Part shown: in pieces, positions 35,033 to 48,499 of the stretch
Numbering within the stretch: position 1 is the first letter of the stretch
How the letters are laid out: the number at the start of each line of letters is the position of its first letter
From: Escherichia coli
GTDB taxonomy: Bacteria > Pseudomonadota > Gammaproteobacteria > Enterobacterales > Enterobacteriaceae
Strand: one strand, 5' to 3'
Assembly (NCBI RefSeq): GCF_044324875.1
Contig: NZ_CP172185.1
Length of the DNA: 64,000 nucleotides
Position numbers and translations under genes: made by a program
Notes under the pieces: model-generated
What the model saw: the letters and a program-made list of their open reading frames with translations, nothing else
Databases searched by the model: none
Told to the model about the DNA's origin: nothing

Positions 35033-36264
35033 GAGCAAGCTCCCTCTAAATAGTGATGAATCGCCTCGGCGGCTTCTTTCCCGGTTTTCACGGCATAGAC
35101 CACGGTTTTGTCACCCTCAACAATATCGCCAGCAGCAAAGACTTGCGGATCGCGGGTCTGGTAATTTTGTGTATTGATGGTGTTACGCTGCGGCTCTAAC
35201 TCCGCAAAGGCATCCAGTCTGGCATGCTGACCGACGGCGAGAATAATTTTATCTGCCGTCATCGTCAGTTCGCCCGGTAACCGTACATGCTTAAACGTGA
35301 CTTTATTGCCTTCCACGGCTACTGGCGTAAATCCATCGATGATCGAAACGCCCAGCTCCCGGGCGCTGGCAAACTCTTTTTCGCTTGCCGGAAACTCATC
35401 TAACTCTTCACGCGCTACGCAAGTTACCGCCTGACAACCGAGAACTTTCAGCGTGCTGGCTACGTCCATCGCGACATCACCGCCGCCGATAATTAATGCG
35501 CTTTGTGGAATGCTGATATCGCCTTGCGCCTGTCGTGCACGTTGCAAGAAGTCGACGGCAATCTCAACGTCGCTATGCTCAAACAGTGGTAGCCCGGAAC
35601 CGCTAGATAACCCCACGGTGACCAGTACCGCGCGGTTTTCCGCTTTCAGCTGCTCCAGGGTGAGTGTTTTACCGATTTCGTTATTGCACTTAATGGTCAC
35701 GCCCATTTTTTCAATACGGGCGATTTCTGCATCCAGTACTGATTGCGGTAACCGGAATTGCGGAATGCCGTTACGCAACCAGCCACCGGGTTGTGCTTCT
35801 TTCTCATAGATCGTGACGTCATAACCCTGGTTTGTCAGCGTCACACTGGCCTGCAATCCGGCAGGACCTGCGCCAATAATGGCGACTTTGCCGAGCGTTT
35901 TAGTACCGGGCTGATAAATTTCCATCCCAGTTTGTTGTTCAAAATCAGTAACAAAACGCTGTAAGCGGCCGATATCAATGGGAGTATCAACACCGGCACG
36001 GGTACAACCGCTTTGGCATAATTTCTCCGTCGGGCACACTCTGGCACAAACGGCACCGAGGGCATTATTTTCACGAATTGTCTCGGCAGCGCCTTTAAAA
36101 TTACGAAAGTAGATTGAGCGAATAAATTTCCCCGGATCGGTCTGTGCCGGGCAAGCCTGACTACAGGGAGCGTCGTGACATAATAAGCAGCGAGAGGCTT
36201 CTTTAATCGCCAGTAACGGTGTAAAAGCCGGAGTGAGTTCATCCAGATAATTTTGTTGCGGCAT
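35026..36264 (-). CDS. preT: Dihydropyrimidine dehydrogenase subunit (FAD/NAD oxidoreductase)
   Basis: 412 aa, GAGPAG dinucleotide-binding motif. Confidence 0.88.
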   Translation of the reverse strand: MPQQNYLDELTPAFTPLLAIKEASRCLLCHDAPCSQACPAQTDPGKFIRSIYFRNFKGAAETIRENNALGAVCARVCPTEKLCQSGCTRAGVDTPIDIGRLQRFVTDFEQQTGMEIYQPGTKTLGKVAIIGAGPAGLQASVTLTNQGYDVTIYEKEAQPGGWLRNGIPQFRLPQSVLDAEIARIEKMGVTIKCNNEIGKTLTLEQLKAENRAVLVTVGLSSGSGLPLFEHSDVEIAVDFLQRARQAQGDISIPQSALIIGGGDVAMDVASTLKVLGCQAVTCVAREELDEFPASEKEFASARELGVSIIDGFTPVAVEGNKVTFKHVRLPGELTMTADKIILAVGQHARLDAFAELEPQRNTINTQNYQTRDPQVFAAGDIVEGDKTVVYAVKTGKEAAEAIHHYLEGACSC

Positions 36265-36308
36265 GTGATCTTCCTTAATGCTATGAGTAATTAAGGCGAA
36301 CGCTAAAT

Positions 36309-36511
36309 ATACTCGTCATACTTCAAGTTGCATGTGCTGCGTCTGCGGGTTATTCGGCCCATCCATGGGCCTCACCCCTTATGGGGCCGCTGCAGGCAGC
36401 GTTCAAATCCGCTCCATGCGGATTTGTCGCTCACCCCAGTCACTTACTTATGTAAGCTCCTGGGGACTCACTCACTTGTCGCCTTCCTGCAACTTGAATT
36501 ATTTAGAGTAT
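36309..36511. repeat. ERIC/IRU element, long variant with terminal inverted repeats
   Basis: Ends atactcgtcatacttcaagttgca and tgcaacttgaattatttagagtat are inverted repeats; internal gctcaccccagtcacttacttatgtaagctcctgggga matches the ERIC core. Confidence 0.7.
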
Positions 36512-36660
36512 AAATATTGCGTGCTGATATTAAGGCTATGCGCGTGGGGAAATTTAAACTGTGAAAGGATTCACAAATAGCTGCGGTTCAGAATGTTATA
36601 TCCGCAGCTTATTGAGTGAAGTAATAATTATTCTCAATAATTAACAGAAAAGAGAAAATA

Positions 36661-38656
<1,996 letters not shown>

Positions 38657-38785
38657 GGCGTTGCCTCATAATCATGTAATGGGATAACAGTTTACGAACC
38701 CGTTATGGCTTTATATGTGATCTGAATCTCATTAATTATGCAACGCGTGAAACTTACATCAAAAATGCGCGACGCATCGCAAATT

Positions 38786-39912
<1,127 letters not shown>

Positions 39913-40018
39913 TTAATTCGTAAAACGTGCTACCGATCACATTAAGAAATCAGCGCTTATTTTTTCGCTCCCGGGCATTAAGCAATGAGCAGCGAACTCA
40001 GGCATACATCAAGCATAG

Positions 40019-40102
40019 AGAGGGATTGCAGTTTGCAGCAATCCCTCTTTGCAGACCTTTAATCCGCTGACCATAGGCGCTAACATAGCGCCTCATTTTT
40101 TT
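40019..40102 (+). promoter_or_regulatory. Two stem-loops in the dusC leader, the second terminator-like
   Basis: agagggattgc-agtttgca-gcaatccctct (11-bp stem) and aggcgct-aacat-agcgcct followed by cattttttt, ending 12 nt before the dusC ATG. Confidence 0.4.
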
Positions 40103-40114
40103 GCGGGTGATGAT

Positions 40115-41062
40115 ATGCGTGTGTTACTGGCACCGATGGAGGGTGTACTCGACTCTCTGGTGCGTGAATTGCTGACCGAAGTTAACGACTACGATCTGTG
40201 CATCACCGAGTTTGTCCGCGTGGTGGATCAACTGCTGCCAATAAAAGTCTTTCATCGCATTTGCCCTGAGCTACAAAATGCCAGCCGGACACCTTCCGGT
40301 ACGCTGGTGCGCGTGCAGTTGTTAGGTCAGTTCCCACAATGGCTGGCAGAGAATGCCGCCCGTGCGGTCGAGTTAGGTTCCTGGGGCGTGGATCTCAATT
40401 GCGGCTGCCCGTCGAAAACGGTTAACGGTAGCGGCGGTGGGGCGACGTTACTCAAAGATCCCGAACTCATCTACCAGGGTGCAAAAGCGATGCGTGAAGC
40501 TGTACCGGCGCATTTGCCCGTCAGCGTGAAAGTGCGTCTGGGATGGGACAGCGGTGAGAAGAAATTTGAAATCGCCGATGCGGTTCAACAGGCTGGTGCT
40601 ACAGAGCTGGTGGTGCATGGGCGGACGAAAGAGCAGGGTTACCGCGCGGAGCATATTGACTGGCAGGCGATTGGCGAGATTCGCCAGCGGCTGAATATTC
40701 CGGTGATTGCCAACGGTGAAATCTGGGACTGGCAGAGTGCGCAACAATGCATGACGATCAGCGGATGCGACGCAGTGATGATTGGTCGCGGGGCGCTCAA
40801 TATTCCCAACCTGAGCCGGGTGGTAAAATATAACGAACCGCGAATGCCGTGGCCGGAGGTAGTTGCTTTGCTGCAAAAATATACCCGTCTGGAAAAGCAG
40901 GGCGATACCGGGTTATATCACGTTGCGCGGATTAAACAGTGGTTGAGTTATTTGCGTAAAGAATACGATGAAGCAACGGAATTATTTCAGCATGTTCGGG
41001 TGTTGAATAATTCCCCTGATATTACAAGGGCTATTCAGGCAATTGATATCGAGAAACTCTAA
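40115..41062 (+). CDS. dusC: tRNA-dihydrouridine synthase C
   Basis: Start at [13 protein letters not shown] (315 aa). Confidence 0.88.
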   Translation: MRVLLAPMEGVLDSLVRELLTEVNDYDLCITEFVRVVDQLLPIKVFHRICPELQNASRTPSGTLVRVQLLGQFPQWLAENAARAVELGSWGVDLNCGCPSKTVNGSGGGATLLKDPELIYQGAKAMREAVPAHLPVSVKVRLGWDSGEKKFEIADAVQQAGATELVVHGRTKEQGYRAEHIDWQAIGEIRQRLNIPVIANGEIWDWQSAQQCMTISGCDAVMIGRGALNIPNLSRVVKYNEPRMPWPEVVALLQKYTRLEKQGDTGLYHVARIKQWLSYLRKEYDEATELFQHVRVLNNSPDITRAIQAIDIEKL

Positions 41063-41103
41063 AAAACCATAGTGATGTTTTTTGACAATGTGTTAGCTCT
41101 TTA

Positions 41104-41364
41104 TCAATAGGCCGCACGGTTGTTTGGTGGCGTCAAAATCGCCGAGGCGTTCCCCGAAGGCCGGGGCAGCCCACATGGATGTGGGCTGAGGGCGCGTTTT
41201 ACAGGGATGTTACCTCGCGCCCGACCCGGTAGCCGTAAGGGATAAGCCGAGGGCACCGCGCAGCGGCGATTTTGTTCGCCAGAGCCCGGGGGTGCAGGGG
41301 GCGGCGGCGATTGGTCGCCCCCTGCGCGCTCCTTGCGCCAGTGATTATATGAAGCAATGCACAT
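41104..41364. repeat. GC-rich intergenic element with nested inverted repeats (unclassified)
   Basis: Hairpins cagcccaca-tgga-tgtgggctg and cagggggcg-N12-cgccccctg, flanked by long-range inverted repeat gcgtcaaaatcgccg / cggcgattttgttcgc. Confidence 0.4.
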
Positions 41365-41434
41365 GACAGGAGCGCAACAGGATGAGAGACTGAAATATTC
41401 TCGTTATTTTCGGATCTGATGACATTAATTAATT

Positions 41435-41518
41435 TTAAAATATCATCTTAAATACACCAGTCACCACCAGTAGCCCAATCAGGAAAATAATCAATACGGC
41501 CCAGAGTATAATTTTCAT
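41435..41518 (-). CDS. yohP: Small membrane protein YohP (27 aa)
   Basis: Minus-strand ORF MKIILWAVLIIFLIGLLVVTGVFKMIF; below the ORF-track length cutoff. Confidence 0.75.
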   Translation of the reverse strand: MKIILWAVLIIFLIGLLVVTGVFKMIF

Positions 41519-41741
41519 TGGCGTTCCTTTATTTGTGAGTGCTGAATAAGTATAGGAAAAAACGAAGCCCTTTGCCGTTATCCATAAACTATTAAGATAA
41601 ATCAGAAGATATCATTCACTTAGTGTATATTTTTCTGGATATGTCGTTTTATTGCCACTGATGTATTGCCACGCGAAACTAAAAAATATATCGCAACACA
41701 CGGTAATCTCCGCGCACCTTTTCTTACCTGATTATTCCCCC

Positions 41742-43178
41742 ATGAATCGTGATTCTTTTTATCCAGCCATCGCCTGTTTTCCGCTGTTACTGATGCTGGC
41801 CGGGTGTGCGCCTATGCATGAAACCCGCCAGGCGTTAAGCCAGCAAACGCCCGCTTCACAAGTTGACACCGCATTACCCACGGCGCTGAAAAATGGTTGG
41901 CCAGACAGCCAATGGTGGCTGGAGTATCACGATAATCAACTCACTTCATTAATTAACAATGCACTACAGAACGCACCGGATATGCAGGTGGCTGAACAGC
42001 GCATTCAGCTGGCTGAAGCCCAGGCGAAGGCAGTTGCCACTCAGGATGGTCCGCAGATCGACTTTTCTGCGGATATGGAGCGGCAAAAAATGTCGGCAGA
42101 AGGGTTAATGGGGCCGTTTGCTCTGAACGATCCGGCCGCAGGTACGACCGGTCCGTGGTACACCAACGGTACTTTTGGCTTAACGGCGGGCTGGCATCTC
42201 GATATCTGGGGAAAGAATCGGGCGGAGGTAACTGCTCGCCTGGGTACGGTTAAAGCACGAGCGGCGGAACGCGAGCAAACCCGCCAATTGCTGGCTTGCA
42301 GCGTAGCCCGCCTGTACTGGGAGTGGCAAACCCAGGCGGCGTTAAACACTGTCTTACAGCAAATCGAAAAAGAGCAGAACACCATTATCGCCACCGATCG
42401 CCAGCTATATCAGAACGGGATTACTTCTTCAGTTGAAGGTGTGGAAACCGATATTAATGCCAGCAAAACCCGGCAGCAGCTCAACGATGTCGCGGGGAAA
42501 ATGAAAATTATTGAGGCACGGTTAAATGCACTCACAAATCACCAGACAAAGTCATTGAAGCTTAAATCGGTCGCATTGCCGAAAGTGGCAAGCCAGCTTC
42601 CTGATGAACTGGGGTACTCCTTACTGGCGCGGCGGGCAGATTTGCAGGCGGCGCACTGGTACGTTGAGTCATCGCTAAGCACCATTGATGCGGCAAAAGC
42701 GGCATTTTATCCTGACATCAACCTGATGGCCTTCCTGCAACAGGATGCGTTGCACTTAAGCGATCTGTTCCGTCATTCCGCGCAGCAAATGGGCGTTACG
42801 GCAGGCCTGACGCTACCCATTTTCGATAGTGGTCGTCTTAACGCCAACCTCGATATCGCAAAAGCCGAAAGCAACTTGTCTATCGCCAGCTACAACAAAG
42901 CGGTGGTTGAAGCGGTGAATGACGTGGCGCGGGCAGCCAGTCAGGTTCAGACACTGGCGGAGAAAAACCAGCATCAGGCGCAAATTGAGCGCGATGCCTT
43001 GCGTGTAGTAGGTCTTGCGCAGGCGCGCTTTAACGCGGGCATCATTGCCGGTTCCCGCGTCAGCGAAGCCAGAATCCCGGCGCTTCGCGAGCGGGCCAAT
43101 GGCCTGTTATTGCAAGGGCAGTGGCTGGATGCCTCCATTCAACTCACCGGTGCGCTGGGCGGGGGTTACAAACGCTGA
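41742..43178 (+). CDS. mdtQ: Outer membrane efflux lipoprotein (NodT/OMF family), intact reading frame
   Basis: Start at MNRDSFYPAIACFPLLLMLAGC (lipobox); 478 aa uninterrupted. Confidence 0.8.
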   Translation: MNRDSFYPAIACFPLLLMLAGCAPMHETRQALSQQTPASQVDTALPTALKNGWPDSQWWLEYHDNQLTSLINNALQNAPDMQVAEQRIQLAEAQAKAVATQDGPQIDFSADMERQKMSAEGLMGPFALNDPAAGTTGPWYTNGTFGLTAGWHLDIWGKNRAEVTARLGTVKARAAEREQTRQLLACSVARLYWEWQTQAALNTVLQQIEKEQNTIIATDRQLYQNGITSSVEGVETDINASKTRQQLNDVAGKMKIIEARLNALTNHQTKSLKLKSVALPKVASQLPDELGYSLLARRADLQAAHWYVESSLSTIDAAKAAFYPDINLMAFLQQDALHLSDLFRHSAQQMGVTAGLTLPIFDSGRLNANLDIAKAESNLSIASYNKAVVEAVNDVARAASQVQTLAEKNQHQAQIERDALRVVGLAQARFNAGIIAGSRVSEARIPALRERANGLLLQGQWLDASIQLTGALGGGYKR

Positions 43179-43230
43179 TGATATACGCGTCCTATACTTA
43201 ACGTTTATTCAGCGTTAAGTGGAGAACTCG

Positions 43231-43992
43231 ATGGCACAGGTCGCGATTATTACCGCCTCCGATTCGGGGATCGGCAAAGAGTGCGCGTTATTACTGGCGC
43301 AGCAGGGGTTTGATATTGGTATTACCTGGCACTCTGATGAAGAAGGGGCAAAAGATACCGCGCGTGAGGTGGTTAGCCACGGCGTAAGTGCGGAGATCGT
43401 GCAGCTGGATCTCGGCAATCTACCAGAAGGGGCACTGGCGCTGGAGAAACTCATTCAACGGCTGGGGCGTATTGATGTGCTGGTGAATAATGCGGGCGCA
43501 ATGACCAAAGCGCCGTTTCTTGATATGGCTTTCGATGAGTGGCGCAAGATTTTTACCGTTGATGTCGATGGTGCATTTTTATGCTCGCAAATTGCTGCCC
43601 GCCAGATGGTGAAACAAGGGCAGGGCGGTCGCATCATCAACATTACGTCGGTGCATGAACATACGCCGCTGCCGGATGCCAGCGCCTACACAGCCGCTAA
43701 ACATGCGCTCGGTGGGTTAACCAAAACGATGGCGCTGGAGCTGGTCAGGCATAAGATTTTGGTGAACGCAGTCGCACCTGGGGCGATCGCCACGCCAATG
43801 AATGGCATGGATGACGGGGATGTGAAGCCCGATGCGGAGCCTTCGATTCCCTTGCGGCGTTTTGGCGCAACGCATGAGATTGCCAGCCTGGTGGTGTGGC
43901 TTTGTTCGGAGGGCGCAAATTACACCACTGGGCAGTCGTTGATAGTGGATGGCGGCTTTATGCTGGCGAATCCGCAGTTCAACCCAGAATAG
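43231..43992 (+). CDS. yohF: Short-chain dehydrogenase/reductase
   Basis: Start at MAQVAIITASDSGIGK (253 aa), SDR Rossmann motif. Confidence 0.85.
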   Translation: MAQVAIITASDSGIGKECALLLAQQGFDIGITWHSDEEGAKDTAREVVSHGVSAEIVQLDLGNLPEGALALEKLIQRLGRIDVLVNNAGAMTKAPFLDMAFDEWRKIFTVDVDGAFLCSQIAARQMVKQGQGGRIINITSVHEHTPLPDASAYTAAKHALGGLTKTMALELVRHKILVNAVAPGAIATPMNGMDDGDVKPDAEPSIPLRRFGATHEIASLVVWLCSEGANYTTGQSLIVDGGFMLANPQFNPE

Positions 43993-44108
43993 CGCAGTGA
44001 GGTGCGTGGATATTTCAATGGGTTAGGCCAGATAAGACACCAGCGTCGCATCAGGCATGGAACACCCGGTGCCGGATGTGGCGTGAATGCTTATCTGTGG
44101 CAACTGCT

Positions 44109-44687
44109 TTACGCCTGATTATCCGGCTTTTTCTTCCCGCGTCGTTTCAGCCACCAGCGCACGCCTACCACCAGAACCACGACCAGAATCAACCAGACCC
44201 AGTGTTTCAAATGCTGGTCGAGATTGTGCAACCACGGCGCAATCACCTGACCACCAGCGTAACCGATAGTTGTAAAAATCAACGCCCAGGCAAATGCGCC
44301 AAGGATATTCAGTGGCAGAAAGATTTTCGGCGGCAGCTGGCTGGCACCAATCAGCGTCGGGCCAATCACCCGAAAGCCATACATAAAACGCGTACCAATG
44401 ACAAACAGATACGGATGGCGTTGGATAAGTTTCTGCGCCCGCTCAATTTTATCCTGATGTTTCGAGAAACGGCGTAATAGCTTGCCGCCAAAGCGCCGCC
44501 CGCACAGATAAAGCACCTGGTCGCCAATCATGCCGCCAAGCGCCACAGAAAGTACCACCAGCGGGAACTTTAATAGCCCCTGATGTGCCGCAACGCCTCC
44601 CAGCAAAGTCACGGTTTCACCTTCCGCCAGGCTACCGATCACCAGCGCGGCATAACCATATTGTGAGATGAGTGTATTGAGATCCAT
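44109..44687 (-). CDS. yohD: DedA-family inner membrane protein
   Basis: 192 aa multi-TM. Confidence 0.88.
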   Translation of the reverse strand: MDLNTLISQYGYAALVIGSLAEGETVTLLGGVAAHQGLLKFPLVVLSVALGGMIGDQVLYLCGRRFGGKLLRRFSKHQDKIERAQKLIQRHPYLFVIGTRFMYGFRVIGPTLIGASQLPPKIFLPLNILGAFAWALIFTTIGYAGGQVIAPWLHNLDQHLKHWVWLILVVVLVVGVRWWLKRRGKKKPDNQA

Positions 44688-44856
44688 AGGCCAGTCTGTC
44701 TCCCTTTAGTTGCCTGTAAGCATACACCCTGTGAATAGTTCACGCTGAAAAAGGACGTACATCAGACGGTGCAAATTACATGAGCGAACAAAAAATAATC
44801 ACAAGCTGACTTATACTTGAACTGTCAGGTTCATGAACTCACAACAAGGGGGCGGT

Positions 44857-45444
44857 ATGAGCCATGTCTGGGGACTGTTTTCCCATCCCGATCGTGAAAT
44901 GCAGGTGATTAATCGCGAAAACGAAACGATTTCTCACCATTACACCCACCACGTTTTGCTGATGGCGGCGATTCCGGTGATTTGCGCCTTCATTGGCACC
45001 ACACAAATTGGCTGGAATTTTGGCGATGGCACTATCCTGAAGTTATCCTGGTTTACCGGACTGGCGCTGGCTGTCTTGTTTTATGGCGTTATGCTGGCTG
45101 GGGTCGCGGTGATGGGGCGGGTCATCTGGTGGATGGCGCGCAATTATCCGCAGCGTCCGTCACTTGCGCACTGCATGGTCTTCGCGGGCTACGTTGCAAC
45201 TCCGCTGTTTTTAAGCGGTCTGGTGGCGCTTTATCCGCTGGTCTGGTTGTGTGCGCTGGTCGGCACGGTGGCACTGTTTTACACCGGTTACCTGCTTTAT
45301 CTCGGTATTCCGAGCTTCCTGAATATCAACAAAGAGGAAGGCCTTAGCTTCTCCAGTTCGACGCTGGCGATAGGCGTGCTGGTGCTGGAAGTGCTGCTCG
45401 CCCTTACCGTTATACTATGGGGTTACGGTTATCGTTTGTTCTAG
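44857..45444 (+). CDS. yohC: Yip1-family inner membrane protein
   Basis: Start at MSHVWGLFSHPDRE (195 aa). Confidence 0.8.
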   Translation: MSHVWGLFSHPDREMQVINRENETISHHYTHHVLLMAAIPVICAFIGTTQIGWNFGDGTILKLSWFTGLALAVLFYGVMLAGVAVMGRVIWWMARNYPQRPSLAHCMVFAGYVATPLFLSGLVALYPLVWLCALVGTVALFYTGYLLYLGIPSFLNINKEEGLSFSSSTLAIGVLVLEVLLALTVILWGYGYRLF

Positions 45445-45617
45445 AAAGTTCTTTTGTGTTGCATTGCTGGCGTAAATGTCAGCAATGCAGCATTTCCTCA
45501 CGATTCTCCTTTGACGATCGCACTTTTTGCTCGTTATGATGGCGTCGCTAGCCTCAGTAAATCCTTACTCCGGCGGTGCGCAACCCGTGCGCGTGAACCA
45601 CTATCTGAATGCTCATC

Positions 45618-46550
45618 ATGCCGAAATTTCGAGTTTCTTTATTTAGCCTGGCCCTGATGCTGGCTGTGCCTTTTGCACCGCAGGCCGTTGCGAAAACGGC
45701 AGCCGCTACCACCGCGTCACAGCCGGAAATTGCCTCCGGTAGCGCGATGATTGTTGATCTGAATACCAACAAAGTGATCTATTCGAACCACCCGGATCTG
45801 GTGCGTCCGATTGCGTCTATCAGCAAATTAATGACCGCGATGGTTGTGCTGGATGCACGACTGCCGCTGGATGAAAAACTAAAAGTGGATATCAGCCAGA
45901 CGCCGGAGATGAAAGGGGTCTATTCGCGCGTACGACTGAACAGCGAAATCAGCCGTAAAGATATGCTGTTGCTGGCGCTGATGTCTTCAGAAAACCGTGC
46001 GGCGGCAAGCCTTGCGCACCATTATCCCGGTGGTTACAAAGCCTTTATTAAGGCGATGAATGCGAAAGCGAAATCGCTCGGAATGAACAACACGCGCTTT
46101 GTTGAACCAACAGGATTGTCGGTGCATAACGTTTCAACTGCCCGTGACTTAACCAAACTGCTCATTGCCAGCAAACAATATCCGTTGATCGGTCAGTTAA
46201 GTACTACCAGGGAAGATATGGCAACCTTCTCTAACCCGACGTATACGCTGCCGTTCCGCAATACTAACCATCTGGTGTATCGCGATAACTGGAATATTCA
46301 GTTAACCAAAACCGGTTTTACCAATGCGGCGGGCCATTGTCTGGTGATGCGTACGGTTATCAATAATAAACCGGTGGCGCTGGTAGTGATGGACGCGTTT
46401 GGCAAATATACCCATTTTGCTGATGCCAGCCGCCTGCGTACCTGGATTGAGACCGGTAAAGTGATGCCTGTTCCGGCAGCAGCGTTAAGCTATAAAAAAC
46501 AAAAAGCCGCCCAAATGGCGGCGGCGGGGCAGACGGCACAGAACGATTAA
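45618..46550 (+). CDS. pbpG: D-alanyl-D-alanine endopeptidase (PBP7)
   Basis: Start at [25 protein letters not shown] (310 aa); SxxK motif SISK. Confidence 0.88.
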
Positions 46551-46557
46551 TTGAATG

Positions 46558-46590
46558 ACGGATGGCGATACTCTGCCATCCGTAATTTTT
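46558..46590. terminator. Bidirectional terminator hairpin between convergent pbpG and dld
   Basis: acggatggc-gatactct-gccatccgt followed by aattttta. Confidence 0.6.
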
Positions 46591-48304
46591 ACTCCACTTC
46601 CTGCCAGTTTTTCCGCTTACTGGTTTTACCGATCCCCGGATTCATACTGTTGGTCGGATCGTTCTCGCGATAAAACTTCTGCAACGTCTCCGGTGCTTTA
46701 TACAAATGACCGACGTTATGTTCGGCAGGGTATTGCGCGCCGCGCTGCTGTAGCAGCTCCAGCATCTGTTCTTTCAACGCATGCACATCCACGCCTTTTT
46801 TAACGATGTAATCCTGATGGAAGACATAGCACATAAAATGGCCGTAATAGAGCTTGTGCACCAGCTGGCTGTCGATCTCCGGCGGTAAATGCTCATACCA
46901 CTCGGTGTCGTTACGCCGCAGAGCGATATCCAGCGCCAGAATGTCTTCGACTTCATCGGAATGCACCGCCTGATAACGAATTGCTGCGCCCGCAGCGGCG
47001 AAACGGTGTAAAAACGCTTTGCTACCTTCCTCCGGCGTACAGACAAAGAAATCGCCTTCGGCCTGTTTGAAATAATCCACCAGCCACGATTTGGCTTCAC
47101 CGACGCCATCGCCCGCCATTTTTAACAGCAGATGATGTTCATATTTATCGCGCCAGTTTTTCATGCGCGGCGGTAAATGGCTGGGGAACAGGTGACCGAA
47201 TTTTTGCATCGCACGGTCGGTAAAATGCGGACGGAAGAATTTCACTTTCTCCAGCATCGCATCGGTGCGCCCCTTGAGATTAAAGAAGAACGGCATCTTG
47301 TCGGTGCCTAACTTATCAATCATCAGGAAGGTGTCTTTGCCGTATTTTTCCGCAATATCGTAGATATCCCGGTGCATATATTCCCCGGCAACCGGTAGAT
47401 TTTCGAAATTAGCCAGAATATGACGGCGGATTTCGGTCAGTACTTCCGGCTGGTTGGTGCCGATATAAAACACCTGCTGATTTTTTTCCGCTTCGAAGGT
47501 ATCAAGACGTACCGCAAAGACGGCCAGCTTCCCGGCGCAACCAGAAGATTCAAATAACCGATCCGGATCGGCGTTATAACGTGCGGGCGTGTCGGCTTCA
47601 ATATCACGAACGCGGTGGACATAGTCATAATCGTGGGCGTGACGACCATCGTGGCGCACATCGTCATCTTTGATGCGATCGTCATCCAGCTTGCTAAGGA
47701 TCTGTTCCGGCGTTTCGCCCAGATCAATCCCCAGATGGTTAACCAGCGTCAGCTTGCCATCTTCATTTATACGCGCGAATAACGACATTTCGGTATACGC
47801 CGGGCCACGTTGCACCAGCGAGCCGCCGGAGTTGTTACAAATACCGCCGATGACCGATGCGCCTATACACGATGATCCAATCACCGAGTGCGGTTCGCGT
47901 CCCAGCGGTTTGAGGGCTTTTTCCAGCGAATAAAGCGTGGTGCCCGGATAGGCCAGCACCTGTTCGCCCTTGCCAAGAACGTGCAGCTTGTCGAGACGCA
48001 GGGTGCTGATGATCACTATATCGCGATCATAGTCGTTACCGTTTGGCGTCGAGCCTTCGGTCAGACCTGTATTGGCAGCCTGCATCAGAATAATTTTGTC
48101 GGCGGTGACGCAGGCTTTCAGCACCCGCCACAATTCCAGTAGTGAGCCAGGGAAAACGACAGCCAGTGCGTCGCCCTGACCAGAACGGAAGCCCTTGCGA
48201 TAGCGGGCCGTTTTTGCGGGATCGGTGAGCAGGTGTGAAGAACCCACCAGTCGGGCAAGTTCATTCAAAAAGGCTTTATTATCAGTTGTTGTCATGGAAG
48301 ACAT
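46589..48304 (-). CDS. dld: FAD-dependent D-lactate dehydrogenase
   Basis: Start at MSSMTTTDNKAFLNELARLVG (571 aa). Confidence 0.93.
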   Translation of the reverse strand: MSSMTTTDNKAFLNELARLVGSSHLLTDPAKTARYRKGFRSGQGDALAVVFPGSLLELWRVLKACVTADKIILMQAANTGLTEGSTPNGNDYDRDIVIISTLRLDKLHVLGKGEQVLAYPGTTLYSLEKALKPLGREPHSVIGSSCIGASVIGGICNNSGGSLVQRGPAYTEMSLFARINEDGKLTLVNHLGIDLGETPEQILSKLDDDRIKDDDVRHDGRHAHDYDYVHRVRDIEADTPARYNADPDRLFESSGCAGKLAVFAVRLDTFEAEKNQQVFYIGTNQPEVLTEIRRHILANFENLPVAGEYMHRDIYDIAEKYGKDTFLMIDKLGTDKMPFFFNLKGRTDAMLEKVKFFRPHFTDRAMQKFGHLFPSHLPPRMKNWRDKYEHHLLLKMAGDGVGEAKSWLVDYFKQAEGDFFVCTPEEGSKAFLHRFAAAGAAIRYQAVHSDEVEDILALDIALRRNDTEWYEHLPPEIDSQLVHKLYYGHFMCYVFHQDYIVKKGVDVHALKEQMLELLQQRGAQYPAEHNVGHLYKAPETLQKFYRENDPTNSMNPGIGKTSKRKNWQEVE

Positions 48305-48499
48305 TTTCCACTCCTTGTGGTGGCGAAAAAATATCACAAACTAGAATAGCGCCTTGTATGACAATTCAGCGAGTGAATATTTTGAAAATTCAGACAATAA
48401 ACTGAGCATTCTTTTTCTCTCTCTATCATGCTTATGGCAAACTACGGTTTTTGCACCATTTTCGCTGCCTCGTCGGGCAACAGAGGAAGAAAAATCCAT

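Noticed and set aside
36332-36580. Short ORFs (61-82 aa) between preT and yeiS
   Set aside because: Fall inside the ERIC repeat element; no coding signal
40049-40114. N-terminal extension of dusC from a TTG codon
   Set aside because: Extension overlaps the leader hairpins; ATG at 40115 gives the canonical [11 protein letters not shown]-terminus
41104-41364. 86-aa minus-strand ORF spanning the GC-rich element
   Set aside because: Low-complexity Pro/Gly/Arg-rich translation produced by GC-rich palindromic DNA; no ribosome-binding site; better explained as a structured repeat element
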